Positions 1 to 12,966 of a stretch of DNA of 64,000 bases are shown here, in pieces (the first letter of the stretch is position 1; every line of letters begins with the position of its first letter). The DNA comes from Octopus sinensis. Its lineage: Eukaryota. The stretch covers positions 8,308,001 to 8,372,000 of the forward strand of contig NC_043001.1 of NCBI RefSeq assembly GCF_006345805.1, read 5' to 3'. The notes beneath the pieces were generated by a model. The model was given only the letters and a program-made list of their open reading frames with translations. It was not told where the DNA came from and did not search any database. A program made the translations under genes and the position numbers.

Positions 1-395
1 TTGGTATGTGGTGAAGGTTTTTTTCGCTTACCTTAATTTTATATATATATATATATATTGCAATACTACATTCGACTAGTGGAATTGGATGCGCCGAAAA
101 TCTACGACAGCGGACGAGCGGACGAGTTTCAATTGTCGCATGTGTATTTATGTATGTGTAGAAAACCTTTGTAGTGTTATACCCAGTTTCAGCGTTCTCC
201 ATAAATGTAGATAATAAAACAATCCAAGTATAAAAGGGTGGATTCTAAAATCTATTCAATTGGTATCTGTTACACGTCCCTCACGATTTCGCGTCCAATA
301 ATAATCGTGTAATGTGCCTCAAATAAACCATACTTTATGTTACTGGAAGATAACTAAGTTACTGTGATATAACATAAGATCTCGTTTTGCATATA

Positions 396-437
<42 letters not shown>

Positions 438-576
438 GGGGGAAGTAAGTAGAAAAAAAGCGAAAATGCACATTGTAAATCAAAACACGTACGAGCTTTT
501 TTCGCTTACCTTTCTTCTTACTTTCCCTTACATTTCCATATGTAATTTCCATTTTCTTTTTGTATCATATTTCTAT

Positions 577-620
<44 letters not shown>

Positions 621-658
621 CGTTATATATACATATATACATATATATGTATATATAT

Positions 659-863
659 ATAACGGGAAGCTTTATGAAAATAAGCAGAAGACGAAGGCAG
701 GTGGAGTACAAACAAACAATTGTATTAGTATGGCGCTCAGGAATATAAATAAAACAAGTCGTTTACGTTTCGAGCCTACGCTCTTCAACAGAAAGATACA
801 CAGAAAAGAAACACGGAGAGAAACAAGGAGAGAAAAAAATGCGTGCAGAGGCTAGCGAATCAA
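659..863 (-). mobile_element. Short HHR-bearing interspersed repeat, family alpha (Penelope pLTR-like or non-autonomous), copy 1
   Basis: About 200 bp alignable along its length with 24592-24787; abuts a (TA)n tract; contains a hammerhead-like motif on the minus strand. Confidence 0.7.
759..796 (-). ncRNA. Minimal type I hammerhead ribozyme-like motif with variant core
   Basis: Minus strand: UCUUU CUGUUGA A GAG-CGUAGG-CUC GAAA CG UA AACGA. Has stem II GAG/CUC, palindromic ACGU stem III and a GUA cleavage triplet; one mismatch in stem I. Confidence 0.6.
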
Positions 864-936
864 CATATATATATACACAAAACATATATACACAAATCAA
901 TATATATATACACAAAACATATATACATCTCGTGGA

Positions 937-1276
937 AGTGCAATGGCCCAGTAGTTAGAGTAGCGGACTCCTCGCAGCCGTTTCGATTCCCAGACCAGGG
1001 GTTGTGTGTGTTTATTGAGCAACAATACGTAAAGCTCCTACCGGCTCCGGCAGGGTTTTGTGGTGAACCCTTCTGTACTCTTTCATTGTTTCTTCCTATT
1101 TCAATTGTAGCTGTATTTCTAAAGGCCACCCTTGTCACAGTTTGTGTCACGTGAATCTCCCCGAAATCTACGTTTAGGGTACACGTGACTCTCGAATGCT
1201 CACCCATTTTCACGTTAATTTCACGAGCAGATTCTTCCTTTGATCGGATCAACTAGAACCCACGTCGTCGTAACCA
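937..1276 (+). mobile_element. tRNA-derived SINE, family C
   Basis: tRNA-like head (caatggcccagtagttagagtagcggactc...tttcgattcc); body and tail shared with 31179-31545 and 51329-51705. Confidence 0.85.
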
Positions 1277-1406
1277 CCGGTGTACCACGACTCCTATCTC
1301 TACTAGGGAGCGCTGAAAAATGTAGGGTATTGCGAAAAGCCTGGTTGGAGGCCCAAACTTCCGAGTTCTTCTACAGTGCTTAGACAAACTGAAGGACGGC
1401 AGCAAT

Positions 1407-1449
<43 letters not shown>

Positions 1450-3039
1450 TGAGAGGGGGAATACAATGGATAAAATCATAATTAACTAATCTCCCTATAT
1501 TTTCTTTTATCGAAAGACAGAATATTTTCAGCTTCTCTCGTACATTTGCATCCATGTGTGTATGCTTACATGCAGATATATGTGGGTGTATGTTTGCATC
1601 TATATATGTAGATTGAATATGCAGGAATTGAGCCTTATCTCATTTGTTGCTCTTCTCAGTGACACATGTCTTCATGGAAAAGATCAAATTGAAAGAGGTT
1701 AAACATTTTGTATAGGTGAGGTACGAAGAAAGGTATGTTTGATCATCTCATATTAAGAATGCACTAAAACTTGCTAAACAGATACGATAACTATCCCAGT
1801 ATCAAACACGATCACTTTATTTTCTGAAAGATATATTTAAGGGTACATATCTGATCCCTTTAATAAACGGTTATGTGCCGTTAGACTCTTTAAAGGAGCA
1901 AAATAATGTGCTTTTGTCATCTCAGAATTCTTCCATAATAAAAGGCCATAAACTCTGGCGATTAAATTGCCAGGGGCAGTGCTGATTATAATAACTTGGT
2001 GCAATGATTTTCGTGCACATTATGCTGCAAATTGCTGCGTAAACTTCGAGAATCTTTCGCTAACATGGAGCAACAAGCAATTCTGTTTATTCGATTTCCA
2101 ATAATGTCTTGGCCTGTCATATTTCGAAATAACTGATAATTTATCTTGTCATCATATGATAACCTGGCATCCATCGCTGCTTCCTGTCGAGCTGGACGAT
2201 CGACATCATAAACATGTGGATGTTTTAGAAAATATAAGGGAGAGAATTCAGTAATTGTTCATCACCTTTATGGAGCTCCCTAAAACACCCACTACCGTAT
2301 ACAGTAACGCAATTTCAATACAACTGAAGAAGATCTGCCAAAAATATTACATAATAATGTAGCTATTTCCATTCTTAAAGAAATGAGATTCCGCTTCCTA
2401 AATGAACGGCATTTATCTCAATTAGAATCATCACATTATTCACGATGAATAATGTGATTATCTATTCTACTATTTTTTAAAGAATCTTTTGTCCTATGTT
2501 CTACGTTATGCCTCGTTAAGCCTCCATTACATCGGACATCGTTGACACAATGAACATTCGCAAATTCGGGATCACTATATTGCATGCAGTTGGATGAAAA
2601 ATACTCCCACAAAACGTAAAGAAAAATAGAAGTAATTAAATAACAAAAGAAAAAGTATTAAACATGTTAATTATGTAAAAGTGAAAGAAACTGTTTTTTC
2701 CAGCAAATTATCAAAAGGTTACGGAAAAAATTCCCTAGAAATACACTGATACTCGTATATGTGGAGCGTTTAAAAAGTATCCACTTTTATCTAGTTCTGT
2801 TAAAAGTAATGTCACGTGGGCTAAATCCTTTGGTTGGGAAATAAAGCTACTCTTCCTGCGCGAGTATTCTTCTCAGATTAGAGACGCGTTGTGCGTGCTC
2901 AACGAATTTTCACTTTCACGTAAGATGTCCTAACATATCTAGCAGAAATATTAGATCAAGTGTTGCCAAAAGCTAGGTGACACTCAAACTAAAACCATTC
3001 AGAAGATTTAGCTGGCCTTTGGCTATGACACCATGGGTT

Positions 3040-4056
3040 CAAACTCAGATAAGGAAAAGCGAGTAATGGTTAAAATGTTTCGGCTAGTCATGGAAGATTG
3101 AGAATGTTTCGAGTAGCAATGGAAGAGCGTCGAGTAACCAGCCAAGAAATTGGTCAGGAAGTGAGAATAAGCAAAAGATAAGAGCATTTCATTTTAACGG
3201 CAGATTTGTGTATGCGGAGAAAGTCCGCATGGACATTACTCAGTACTTTCGCCCAAGATGGACGCCGATATTCTCCAGATGCTTAAATAATGTATTGAAA
3301 TTATAATTGGTTATGTCCATAGCCTCGATGTTTGGGTCACGTCAGTTGCATGAGATTAAAGTTGCCCAGACCTTCCGTCTGAGATTTGGTGCAGTAATCT
3401 CAAGAAAACTATCTTTTTTGAAAAGAATAGTGACGGAGGAAGAAAAGTGGATCATCTATACCAATTTGCAGCGCAAAAGATCGTGGGGCAGCATGGCGAA
3501 CTAGCATACACAACCTCAACATTATGACTTCGCACAGAGAACATTCACATTTCAATTTAGTAGCATTAGAAGGATGATGTATTCTTCCCACAAGCAGAAC
3601 TATCAATACATATTGTGACCATTTGGACAAATTTAGCGCAACAATCTACAAGAAATCTCTAGCATTTGCTCATCTTAACATTTTATTCTTCATCAAGACA
3701 GTGCCAGAACGCATATTTCCTTGTAAATGCAGCAGAAATTACGGGAGTGTACCACTGATGTTTTACCGTACGATCTATATTCGAACGTTTTTACGATTTC
3801 AGAACTGTAAATATTTTGGTCTCTTCAAACTTCATTGAATGAGTACACCTTCAACTTAGAAGATTATATACGAATCCAAATGGAAATGTTTTTGAGAGGA
3901 AAGATACTAAAATCTTGGAGCAAAATACAACGCGTTTACCATGAGGCTGGCAGACGTTATTGGAAAGAAGCAACAAGGATTTTGTTGACTGAATAATTCA
4001 CTTGCGCTTTATGCTCGCCTAAAAGAAAGCGCAAGCACTTGTAGCCCAAACTAATA
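3040..4056 (+). mobile_element. Decayed Tc1/mariner transposon
   Basis: Translates in pieces to FLKRIVTEEEKWIIYTNLQRKRSW (mariner LxRIVTGDEKW motif) and ILHQDSARTH (HDNA motif); mariner-like terminus cccaaactaata at about 4045-4055; many stops and frameshifts. Confidence 0.8.
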
Positions 4057-4564
4057 TATTTTTTATTTTCGCAGTTACTGTTTTGGGAAGAAAGAAAGTA
4101 TTTTGCCCTTTGCTTATTCGTATATTTTGTTTCCCGTTAGATTGATGCTCTAGGATTCTTGATGGGGTATTTTTATGCCTTGTCATCTGTACCGGTAGTT
4201 TTATTCTCTTTAGATGTTAATGGTTTATCAGATTTCAAAGTAAAAGAATAAGGATTCACAATGCCACCGGCATAATCGCAAGTAATTTGAAGATACTGAT
4301 GCTTCCCATCAGAACTTAACTATTTCTCAAATATAAGAACGCACTACAAGAAATAAAGCAGAAAATAGAAGGAAGTCAAACAAACAGACTAAATCCGTGT
4401 CGCACATTTTATGTAAGTCATGGAGAATTAGTATATATGTTTGACTGACAACAGCTGCAGAGTTAACCTATTTAATAGTCAAATTGGGGGAAATATGCAT
4501 GGAAATGTTGGGTAAATTCACTGTCACACCTAGTTTTAGAGAATCTTCCTGAATTATATATGAA

Positions 4565-4865
4565 ACTAGCAGTATCGCAAGGCGTTGCTCGGGTTTGTAA
4601 GGGAAATAACTATACAAGCATTTTTAGAGAGTTACGTTCCTTATATAATAGCAAAAAAAATGCATTAAAAATGGGAAAAAATGATGGTAATTTTTTTTTA
4701 AATCGTAGACTCATCGTAGACGCGCGCTAATACCCAGAATGACTCGATATGAATGACGACTCTAAGATACCCGCTTTTGGTTAAACTGCACTGCAAAATA
4801 TGGGAGTAGTTAGGAATCTAAATCGTAGGAGACAGACACACAATTTCACTTTTATATATAAAGAT
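4565..4865 (+). mobile_element. Non-autonomous Helitron-like repeat, copy 1
   Basis: Begins actagcagtatcg...ggcgttgctcggg and ends acagacaca...ttttatatataaagat; highly similar to 8863-9160; no TIRs seen. Confidence 0.6.
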
Positions 4866-6537
4866 TATTGATATGGTCTGTTGTGAATACAATAAAAGGA
4901 AAATGACATCTTTACCATTCCAACATGCTATACATGTTTATGTAAAGATCATTGAAATGCATTTTACATACGCATGTTCATGGATCTTTGCGTATTTTAG
5001 TGAACGTGTTTATGCTTCTATTGTTTATTTCGAGACATTTTCAATGCATTTCGATTTATATTTAAACTGTTTCATGGAACCTTTATTTTTATAAGTCGTG
5101 AAATTCCATTGCACGATATCATATTCAAACCTGTCTTGCTATGTAAAGATGCATATGTGTGTGTTGACAGAATAATTAAAGACAATAACATTAAATTGAA
5201 CCGACAGTAATTTTATATGATCAGTAATCAAATTGAATGTGTATATCAATTTGGTTCGTCCTCATGTTGCGTTATGTCTATATTTCTGTCCTATAACTTA
5301 TGTTTTATTGTACAAAAAATTAAGTTAAAACTATTCAATAAGATGCTGGAGAAATCAGTCGCAGGCAACTCGTGAAATGCATATTTCACACATATTTCAT
5401 CAATTTTATTCCTAATTATTAATCTTTTATGGATACTTTCATTAATAATTAGAATTTCATTTCTAATTATTAATCTTTTATGGATACTTCTGGCATCAAA
5501 ACGTATCTGAAAGAGATAGATGTGAATACTGGATTGCTGCTTTTGAGAAAATAAGTAAAACTTACCAAAACAATTTATCGGCCTCGAAACACCGAACGAT
5601 TATTGCTTGCTAAATATCGAATATACAGTCACTTATAATGATGTGATAAATACAAGTTTGAGCATTTTATAATTTGTTGCTTCAGCGTGCAATGTTAATA
5701 ATGATATATTGTTGATACGATATATTGAATCACGACGGATACTGCAATAATGATATTAGATTTAAATGTTTAATTATCGGTTAAGCAGCCTTAATAGAAT
5801 TAAATATTTCATATGCTAGCTAATGTGAAATACATATTATGTATACCATTGCTATTGAAATACATCACTTCCTACGTCAATAATTTACACTCCCGTATAA
5901 CATTGGTTCCGTGTAAAGTTGGGGAATATCTAGTGAAAGTAGACGGATGGTACAATTGTTTCATTAAGACCCTTCAATTTAACATAAACCTAGTAGATTC
6001 AAGTATGCATCATCCACAACAAAACAACGCATACAATAATGTAATATGTTACTGAACTCTGAATTCATTTGGTTCACTGAATACACGAGCGAACAATGAC
6101 ACGCTGATTAATCAACAGTTAACCGATTAGACCATTCAACAGAAATAAATCTTCCATTTCGCAAAAATATATACTTTTTTCAGAAATCATTAGTTCATTC
6201 CTCTATAACCATTAACCGGTTTAATTTTCAGAATTAAGTGCCCTTCATCAAAATACGTGACAGTTTTTAAAACTAGAGATAACGGCTGACACTGATTAGA
6301 AAATATTAATCAGTTATATAAATACGTTTATGAAAAATAATCTTTAATTCCCTCGATAACAAATTCCACACAGATGATTTTGTTTCCTCGGAAAGTTTTG
6401 CACAACATTTAGTTTGAAAAATACATTATAATATTCGTGTAATAATTACATCGAAATATATTTTACCTCAGTTAAGGATTTATGAGGTGCTACATAAGTT
6501 TTGAGAAAATACACAAGCATAATGCCTATGGAAATGC

Positions 6538-6627
<90 letters not shown>

Positions 6628-7284
6628 GAATGGGACGCGAAATATCTAGAGTTGTTTATCAACAGATTAACCATGTCTCCCGATTAAACATATGAGGTAA
6701 GATATCTCTAGAGTGAGTGCATGCACCGAACTGTGGATCTGGCGATATATTTAACATTATTTACTGATCTCTGCTTTATAAGCGATAAAACTGTCTATCA
6801 CACTCCCATGTTTGATTTCATACCGACATATATATATTTACTGCAAAAACTATAATAATATATAGCAAAAATCATTATATATATATATATGTATGTATGT
6901 ATGTATATATTACATAATAAACAACACCGATGGCGCGAATGTACCTGGTGGTTCACGATGAAGCATGGTCACTTTCACAGCGTTCGTTATGTAACTTTGT
7001 AGATGAAAGTCAGAAGATGTAAGATACGGGAAACCTTATTACTCACGACAATCATTTCGACACAACTAGCATCGATCCTTCACGGGCGAGATATTTCACA
7101 ACTGATTCAGGGACATCCGACGATGCAGAAGTGTCTGTTCTCTTGATAAAATCATGTGATCCGTTAAAATATTAGTTCTGCAAAGTTTCTACTCATTTTA
7201 TGTAAACAAAGACAGTAAATTAAAGTGTATAGTTTCATTTATATAAATGATCAATAATAACATATCAGGTGTCAAAAAAAGAAG

Positions 7285-7480
7285 AGCTCGGAACTTCCCT
7301 GCATTAAACTGCAGGTTGTTGTCCTCAGCCCACCTGTCTATTGTAACCAGCATCCGTTGCAGATGTGCAATATTTCCAAGGTTTTGTATTGTCTGAGAGA
7401 CTTTTGTCCCATCTGCATAGCTAGCAAGGGTGGCCATCTTAGCAACTGAGGGCATGTCTGAAAGGGCCACTATTATCCCC
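7285..7480 (-). mobile_element. CR1/L2-type LINE reverse transcriptase fragment
   Basis: SYADGTKV...LQRMLVTIDRWAEDNNLQFNAGKF matches the YADDTK...LQxDL...W...N.M.FN..K region of LINE RT. Confidence 0.8.
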
Positions 7481-7757
7481 CCCCCATGCTTATAAGCACA
7501 AGCAGCTATTTACCTCGGTATGTGAACGTGTGAGCACCAAACAACCCGATTGCGTGTGCTTACATTTTCGTGAATGATTTTATGAGCCAGTGTCCATGCG
7601 ACATACAGCTTATGCGAGGGCGTTTATATTTCCATATCCGTTAATATTTATCTTGAACAATTTTCCTTTCTTTTAATAATCTTCGTTTCTTTTTTGCGTC
7701 TGTTATATTATTATTGATATACTATATGCACCATTACTTTGGTGAATTTCATTACAG

Positions 7758-7817
7758 GAAATGAGACGATACATTGCAGAACTGTTATTTCAATGAGTTA
7801 TATCTATATATCTACAG
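7758..7817 (+). CDS. Candidate 60-nt phase 1-1 exon (NETIHCRTVISMSYIYIST)
   Basis: Acceptor tttcattacag, donor CAG|gtgaga; only the symmetric phase-1 frame is open; no homology recognised. Confidence 0.35.
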
Positions 7818-8108
7818 GTGAGACATATCTATGGAATGCTCATGAACCAGTTAAGTATCCCACCCGTGAGGGATCGATGTTAGTTGGTTGACACAATTGT
7901 CGTGATTAATAATAAATTCACGTATTTCTCCAATCATCCGCTTTTCATTTATCACATATGTATATATATATATATATATATGCGTGTGTGTGTGGGTGGG
8001 TGTAGGTATGCATGTATCGATATATATTTATATATTTGTATCTATATGCTGTATTTATACATGTGTTTGTATGTGTGTATCGTGTATGTATATATACATA
8101 ATACATAC

Positions 8109-8178
<70 letters not shown>

Positions 8179-8243
8179 AATTAACACATTGAGATGAAAA
8201 AATCCCAAGGCTGTTAAAGATTTCAGAACATTTCTAAAGAGGA

Positions 8244-8293
8244 AGTCTTACACCTGGTTCCGGGATAATATATATATCCCTTCATCAGGGACT
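8244..8293 (-). ncRNA. Hammerhead-like motif, family beta (degenerate core GAAC)
   Basis: Minus strand: AGUCC CUGAUGA A GGGAUA-UAUAUAU-UAUCCC G GAAC CAGGUG UA AGACU; homologous to 29302-29349. Confidence 0.6.
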
Positions 8294-8754
8294 GCAAGAA
8301 TATAGTTAAGCAATAGTTATTAGAGAAAAGATATGAAATGCAAAGTGAAGTGGAGAAATGAAAACAGACGTGCGATATGTAAGGATATTGTATCTGCTAT
8401 TCTATTATTTAAGCAAAATGGTATATATATAAGGTACAGGAAACTTATAAGTATACCACATTATGATTTATAAATCACTTCATATAATTATTTATAACGT
8501 GAACTGAAAATGTATACCTGGCTTATATTTCATTTCAGATTATAATACAATACAGAAATTCATACCATATAACGGAATACGTGTTTGTACATTTCGAAAC
8601 GCATTATATCTTCAACGATATATTATGTGAAATACTTTACAAGGCTGAAATTTTGCATAACATGCGTGCACAAATTCTCACAAATATACAAATACATGTT
8701 AATGCCGATAGGTCACTGTGTATGAGAGTCGGGTTAAGTGCTGCTTGTGAGATA

Positions 8755-8800
8755 TAGTAATCTCTCGCTATATCGCGGTTCACTTATCACCGGTCTCGTA
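8755..8800 (+). mobile_element. Possible pogo/Tigger-like MITE terminus
   Basis: tagtaatctctcgctatatcgcggttcacttatc resembles Tigger-type TIR starts; partner end not found. Confidence 0.3.
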
Positions 8801-8862
8801 TCGCAGTTTATTATTTAAACTTATATCGATTCCTCTGTGGTGTCGATTTCAATTTATTATAT

Positions 8863-9160
8863 ACTAGCAGTATCGCCCGGCGTTGCTCGGGTTTGTAAGG
8901 GAAATAACTATATAAGCATTTTTAGAGAGTTATACCCAAAAATACCAAAAATGCATTAAAAATGGAAAAAAATGATGGTAAATTGTTTTTTAAATCGTAG
9001 ACTCATTGTAGACGCGCGCTAATACCCAGAAGGGCTCGATATGAATCACGACTATAAGATACCCGGTTTTGGTTAAACTGCACCGCAAAATGTGGGAGTA
9101 GTTAGGAATCTAAATCGTAGGAGACAGACAGCACACAACCTTACTTTTATATATAAAGAT
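8863..9160 (+). mobile_element. Non-autonomous Helitron-like repeat, copy 2
   Basis: Same termini as 4565-4865; subterminal hairpin cccgg-cgttgc-tcggg. Confidence 0.6.
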
Positions 9161-9479
9161 ATATAAGTGTATATATATGTGTCTGTGGGTGTGTGTGTTT
9201 GTGCTTCCTTTCTAATTTTCTCTCCCACCCCTTTTCTATTCTTCTCCTCTCCCCTTCCCCGTTCCCCCTCTCTCTCTCTCTCATACTCTTCCTCCATGAC
9301 TCTCTCGTTGCTTACACGTGACCAACAACTACCCATCTTCCTTTCTTCCAGTTTCTTCCTAAAGATAAGACGTACTTTTACCAGTCTCTTCTCAAAGCTC
9401 ATTTTTCCAGTGTTCACCAATTCATCTCGTCATGGCTTAACAGCCCTCACCGTGTGTTTTTACTGTTTTGTTCTCACAG

Positions 9480-9760
9480 TCCTGTATTTGTTACCACTTT
9501 AACCCTCCACAAAACACCCAAATTCTATTTAATTTCCTTTGCGTGAAGGACTGCTTTCGAGAAGTCACGTCTTGGCCCTACCTTCGATACGCGGAGTAGA
9601 TAAAACAGGGTCAACCGATGAAGAGAATGTTCTTTATGTTACTTGTAGCGTTTACTCAATTTCTTAATTTATTTCCTTCATTCTTCGAAGATTTTGTTTT
9701 TTATGTTCTCGTTTCTCATTTTCTTGACGTTGTTTTTATTCCTGTACCCACACATGCATA
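9480..9760. repeat. Unclassified interspersed repeat, copy 1
   Basis: Alignable with 14100-14360 (ttgcgtgaaggactg...acgcggagtaga...gatgaagagaatgttctttatg). Confidence 0.6.
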
Positions 9761-9828
9761 TACATGTAGGTATGTAGATATATGTTTGTATATATGCATA
9801 TATTTACATATTATAAATATGATATATA

Positions 9829-9870
<42 letters not shown>

Positions 9871-11412
9871 TATATATACATACATACATACACAGATATA
9901 TACAATCGGCAAAAGTTGCAAAGATTTAAATGCCTGTCTTTTAATGAGCTCGTAATAGTCAATAAAACTTAATTAATTTTAAATATTCCCATTACGTATA
10001 TTTCTTAATTTCGAAATGTATGAATCATCTAATTTTCAATGCATTCTGGCAGATAATTACGTGGTCGCCTGATCCCTGTTGTCTTACGACATCGGAGATT
10101 ATGACCACCATATATTCGATGTTTTTTTACACACTGTTGAATGGCATACTCTAAGAACACATCGGTTAGAAAAGGGAGGTGTTTTCCTATGAAAATAACC
10201 AACAGTGAACAAAAGATCACTTATGTTATAGTCTGGAAATATGCAACCCTGAGCACTTCATAAATTATTTTTTGCAAACTTACAAATTTCAAATAGTATC
10301 TCAGTCGAAGTTTGTTTTACTACGTAGTCTACAAATATTTTCGTATTCTCTTAAAATATAACAGACTCCGTTAGTCTCTCTCTCTCTCTCTCTCTCACTC
10401 TCTGTGTCTCGCTCTCTCTCACTCTCTCTCTCTCACGTCCTCTTATATTCACGAATTCTATGGACTCCCACTTTGACACCGAATTCCATGAATGTCATTC
10501 GGTTAGAAATTCTTCAACTTTTACGGAATGATACTTTATAGAAAATAGGTTAATCCAGATTTTTTTCCATAATTTCTTTTCCGATGTTGAATTAATGTTT
10601 AAATCGTGACACTTAAGAATTTTTTACAAGTAAAAAATTCACCGAGATCTATACTCGGTATAAATAAATTAAATCTAAGAAATTAAATGAGAATATCTTC
10701 ATCAATTCTTAATAAGACACCAGCTAGACAAAGTAGTTTTCAAAAACTTAAAGAAAATATATGAAGCAACGAATAAAGTAAAAAAGCTTTGAAACTTCTA
10801 AAGGAAACTTACTTTCGCATCATATGTATACACTTCACATAAATATATACAAATCAGGAAAAATAGAAACATCTTAACTACAAATATGTGTGAGATAAGG
10901 AAAATCTGTTTTCGTTTCGTTAATGGAAGTTATGTAGGTATATTAAAAAAGAACATTTCTAGAAGAATCAAAAAATACCTGCTTTCCGAAGATCAAAATG
11001 CATTGCTTACGCAATACGCATGGACTGGATAAATCGTAGAAATTCAAGAAGCCTTAAAAGAGGTAGTTTATCAGATGGAAATCTATATAAACATTCAAGA
11101 ATGAATTATTTGGAAATGTCAGAAAATCGCAGAAACCAATCACGGGCAAGCTCCTAAGATTATGCACTTAAGGTTTAAGTCGGCACCGAATACATTTTCT
11201 GAAAAAAATGCGTTCTTTTATTGTATAATCTTTTAAGTGACGGTTTACACTTAACGTGTACATAAATATATACATATACATATACATATATATATATATA
11301 ATATATATATATAATATATATATATATATATAATATAAATATATAACTATATATATACACATATATATAATATAAATAGATACATAGAGAGATACATACA
11401 TATATGTATCCG

Positions 11413-11468
<56 letters not shown>

Positions 11469-12077
11469 TACATATACATATATACATAAATGCACATGTA
11501 GACAAACACACATATGCATACATATACATATACATGTGTGTGTGTGTGTGTGTGTGTGTAACCATGTGTGCGCTAAAATAAGTTCTCTGAGTACTCGGTT
11601 GTGTGTATTTATTAAAAAGTAATGTTATGTTTTACCAATTATGCTACGAACATTTTACTGTATATTTTTGTATCGAATTTAATGGCTTCCTGAGACGATT
11701 TTGAAAGATAAACATTTTGAAGCATTTAATGCTACATTATGTAAGGCAGAAACTACTAAGAATTCTTCACAAATGTGTTTACAATTTACTGTGAACGAGT
11801 AGACAAGTATTATAATATACATACACACTTTAAACTCATAATTTTTACTATTTTTAATTTCATAGTATATAATTTTTACTGAAAACACATCTAGAAACAA
11901 TTTATTTCAAGTATAATAACGTTATCAGAAACTTATCAACGGAGCCGAACATCCTTTTTTTATTTTTGATCATGCCCAACAGTATTATCAGATTAAAAAT
12001 TATCATTAAACAACACAAAAAGTGGGTCTTAATTCTGTTATCTGCCAGCGAATCAGGGTGTACTCTTCATCTTTCAG

Positions 12078-12137
12078 ATAACAGACAATTATCTTCACCT
12101 ATCACCTCTGGAATAAATATCAACAACACATCTATAT
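12078..12137 (+). CDS. Candidate 60-nt phase 1-1 exon (NRQLSSPITSGININNTSI)
   Basis: Strong acceptor tactcttcatctttcag; donor gtaatg (an alternative gtatgt lies 5 nt downstream); S/T/N-rich with an N-x-S sequon. Confidence 0.35.
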
Positions 12138-12612
12138 GTAATGTATGTTTATATTACGAAAGCAGAGCTACAAACTTTGGAAACATACTTGGACATATAA
12201 CACCTGAAACCGTTGTAAAAACTAATATGAGTAATTTTGTTGTAATGTACCTTACTATTACTACAAAACTATCGAGTGTGAATCGTAGCAGTGTTGGACA
12301 ACTCGCATCAAAATCACATACAGTTTAGGTACTTGATGTAAACGATTATTAAAGCATAAGGAATTATTCAATTATCATCGATGGAAGAGACACTTATTCA
12401 AAATCAGTGTTTACTAATGTGAGATGCAAACGAAATTCCAGCAATGATTTCTCTATTAGGGATATTTTGAACAATATCAATATATCAATGTTGTAATTTA
12501 AAGTATAACAGTCATCGCTTGTGTCAGCAATGATCATCCATTTATGTATGTGTGCCTGTGTGTCTGCATCCATCTAAGTATGGATGTATATGTGTGTGTA
12601 TATATATATAGA

Positions 12613-12650
<38 letters not shown>

Positions 12651-12925
12651 CGCGTATAAAAGAATGAAACTCCATCTTAGATTGATTATCACTCTTTATT
12701 AATTGCAATTTATGCTGCAACTTAACAATTTTTTCATTTTTGAAATAAACTCCTACTTCCATGCCTTACACTATAATCGGGTATTTGCAGTGACTGTCGT
12801 CATCTACAACTTTTGTGAAATGAGGAAAATGTCTATAACTGTATATAATTTATGATTGCAAAACGAGGCATGAAAGTTGTAAGATAAAATAAGTATATGC
12901 ATATATGTATATGCATATATCTATA

Positions 12926-12966
<41 letters not shown>

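Noticed and set aside
1986-2230. About 80 open codons on the minus strand (LKHPHVYDVDRPARQEAAMDARL...)
   Set aside because: No recognisable motif and no convincing pair of splice sites
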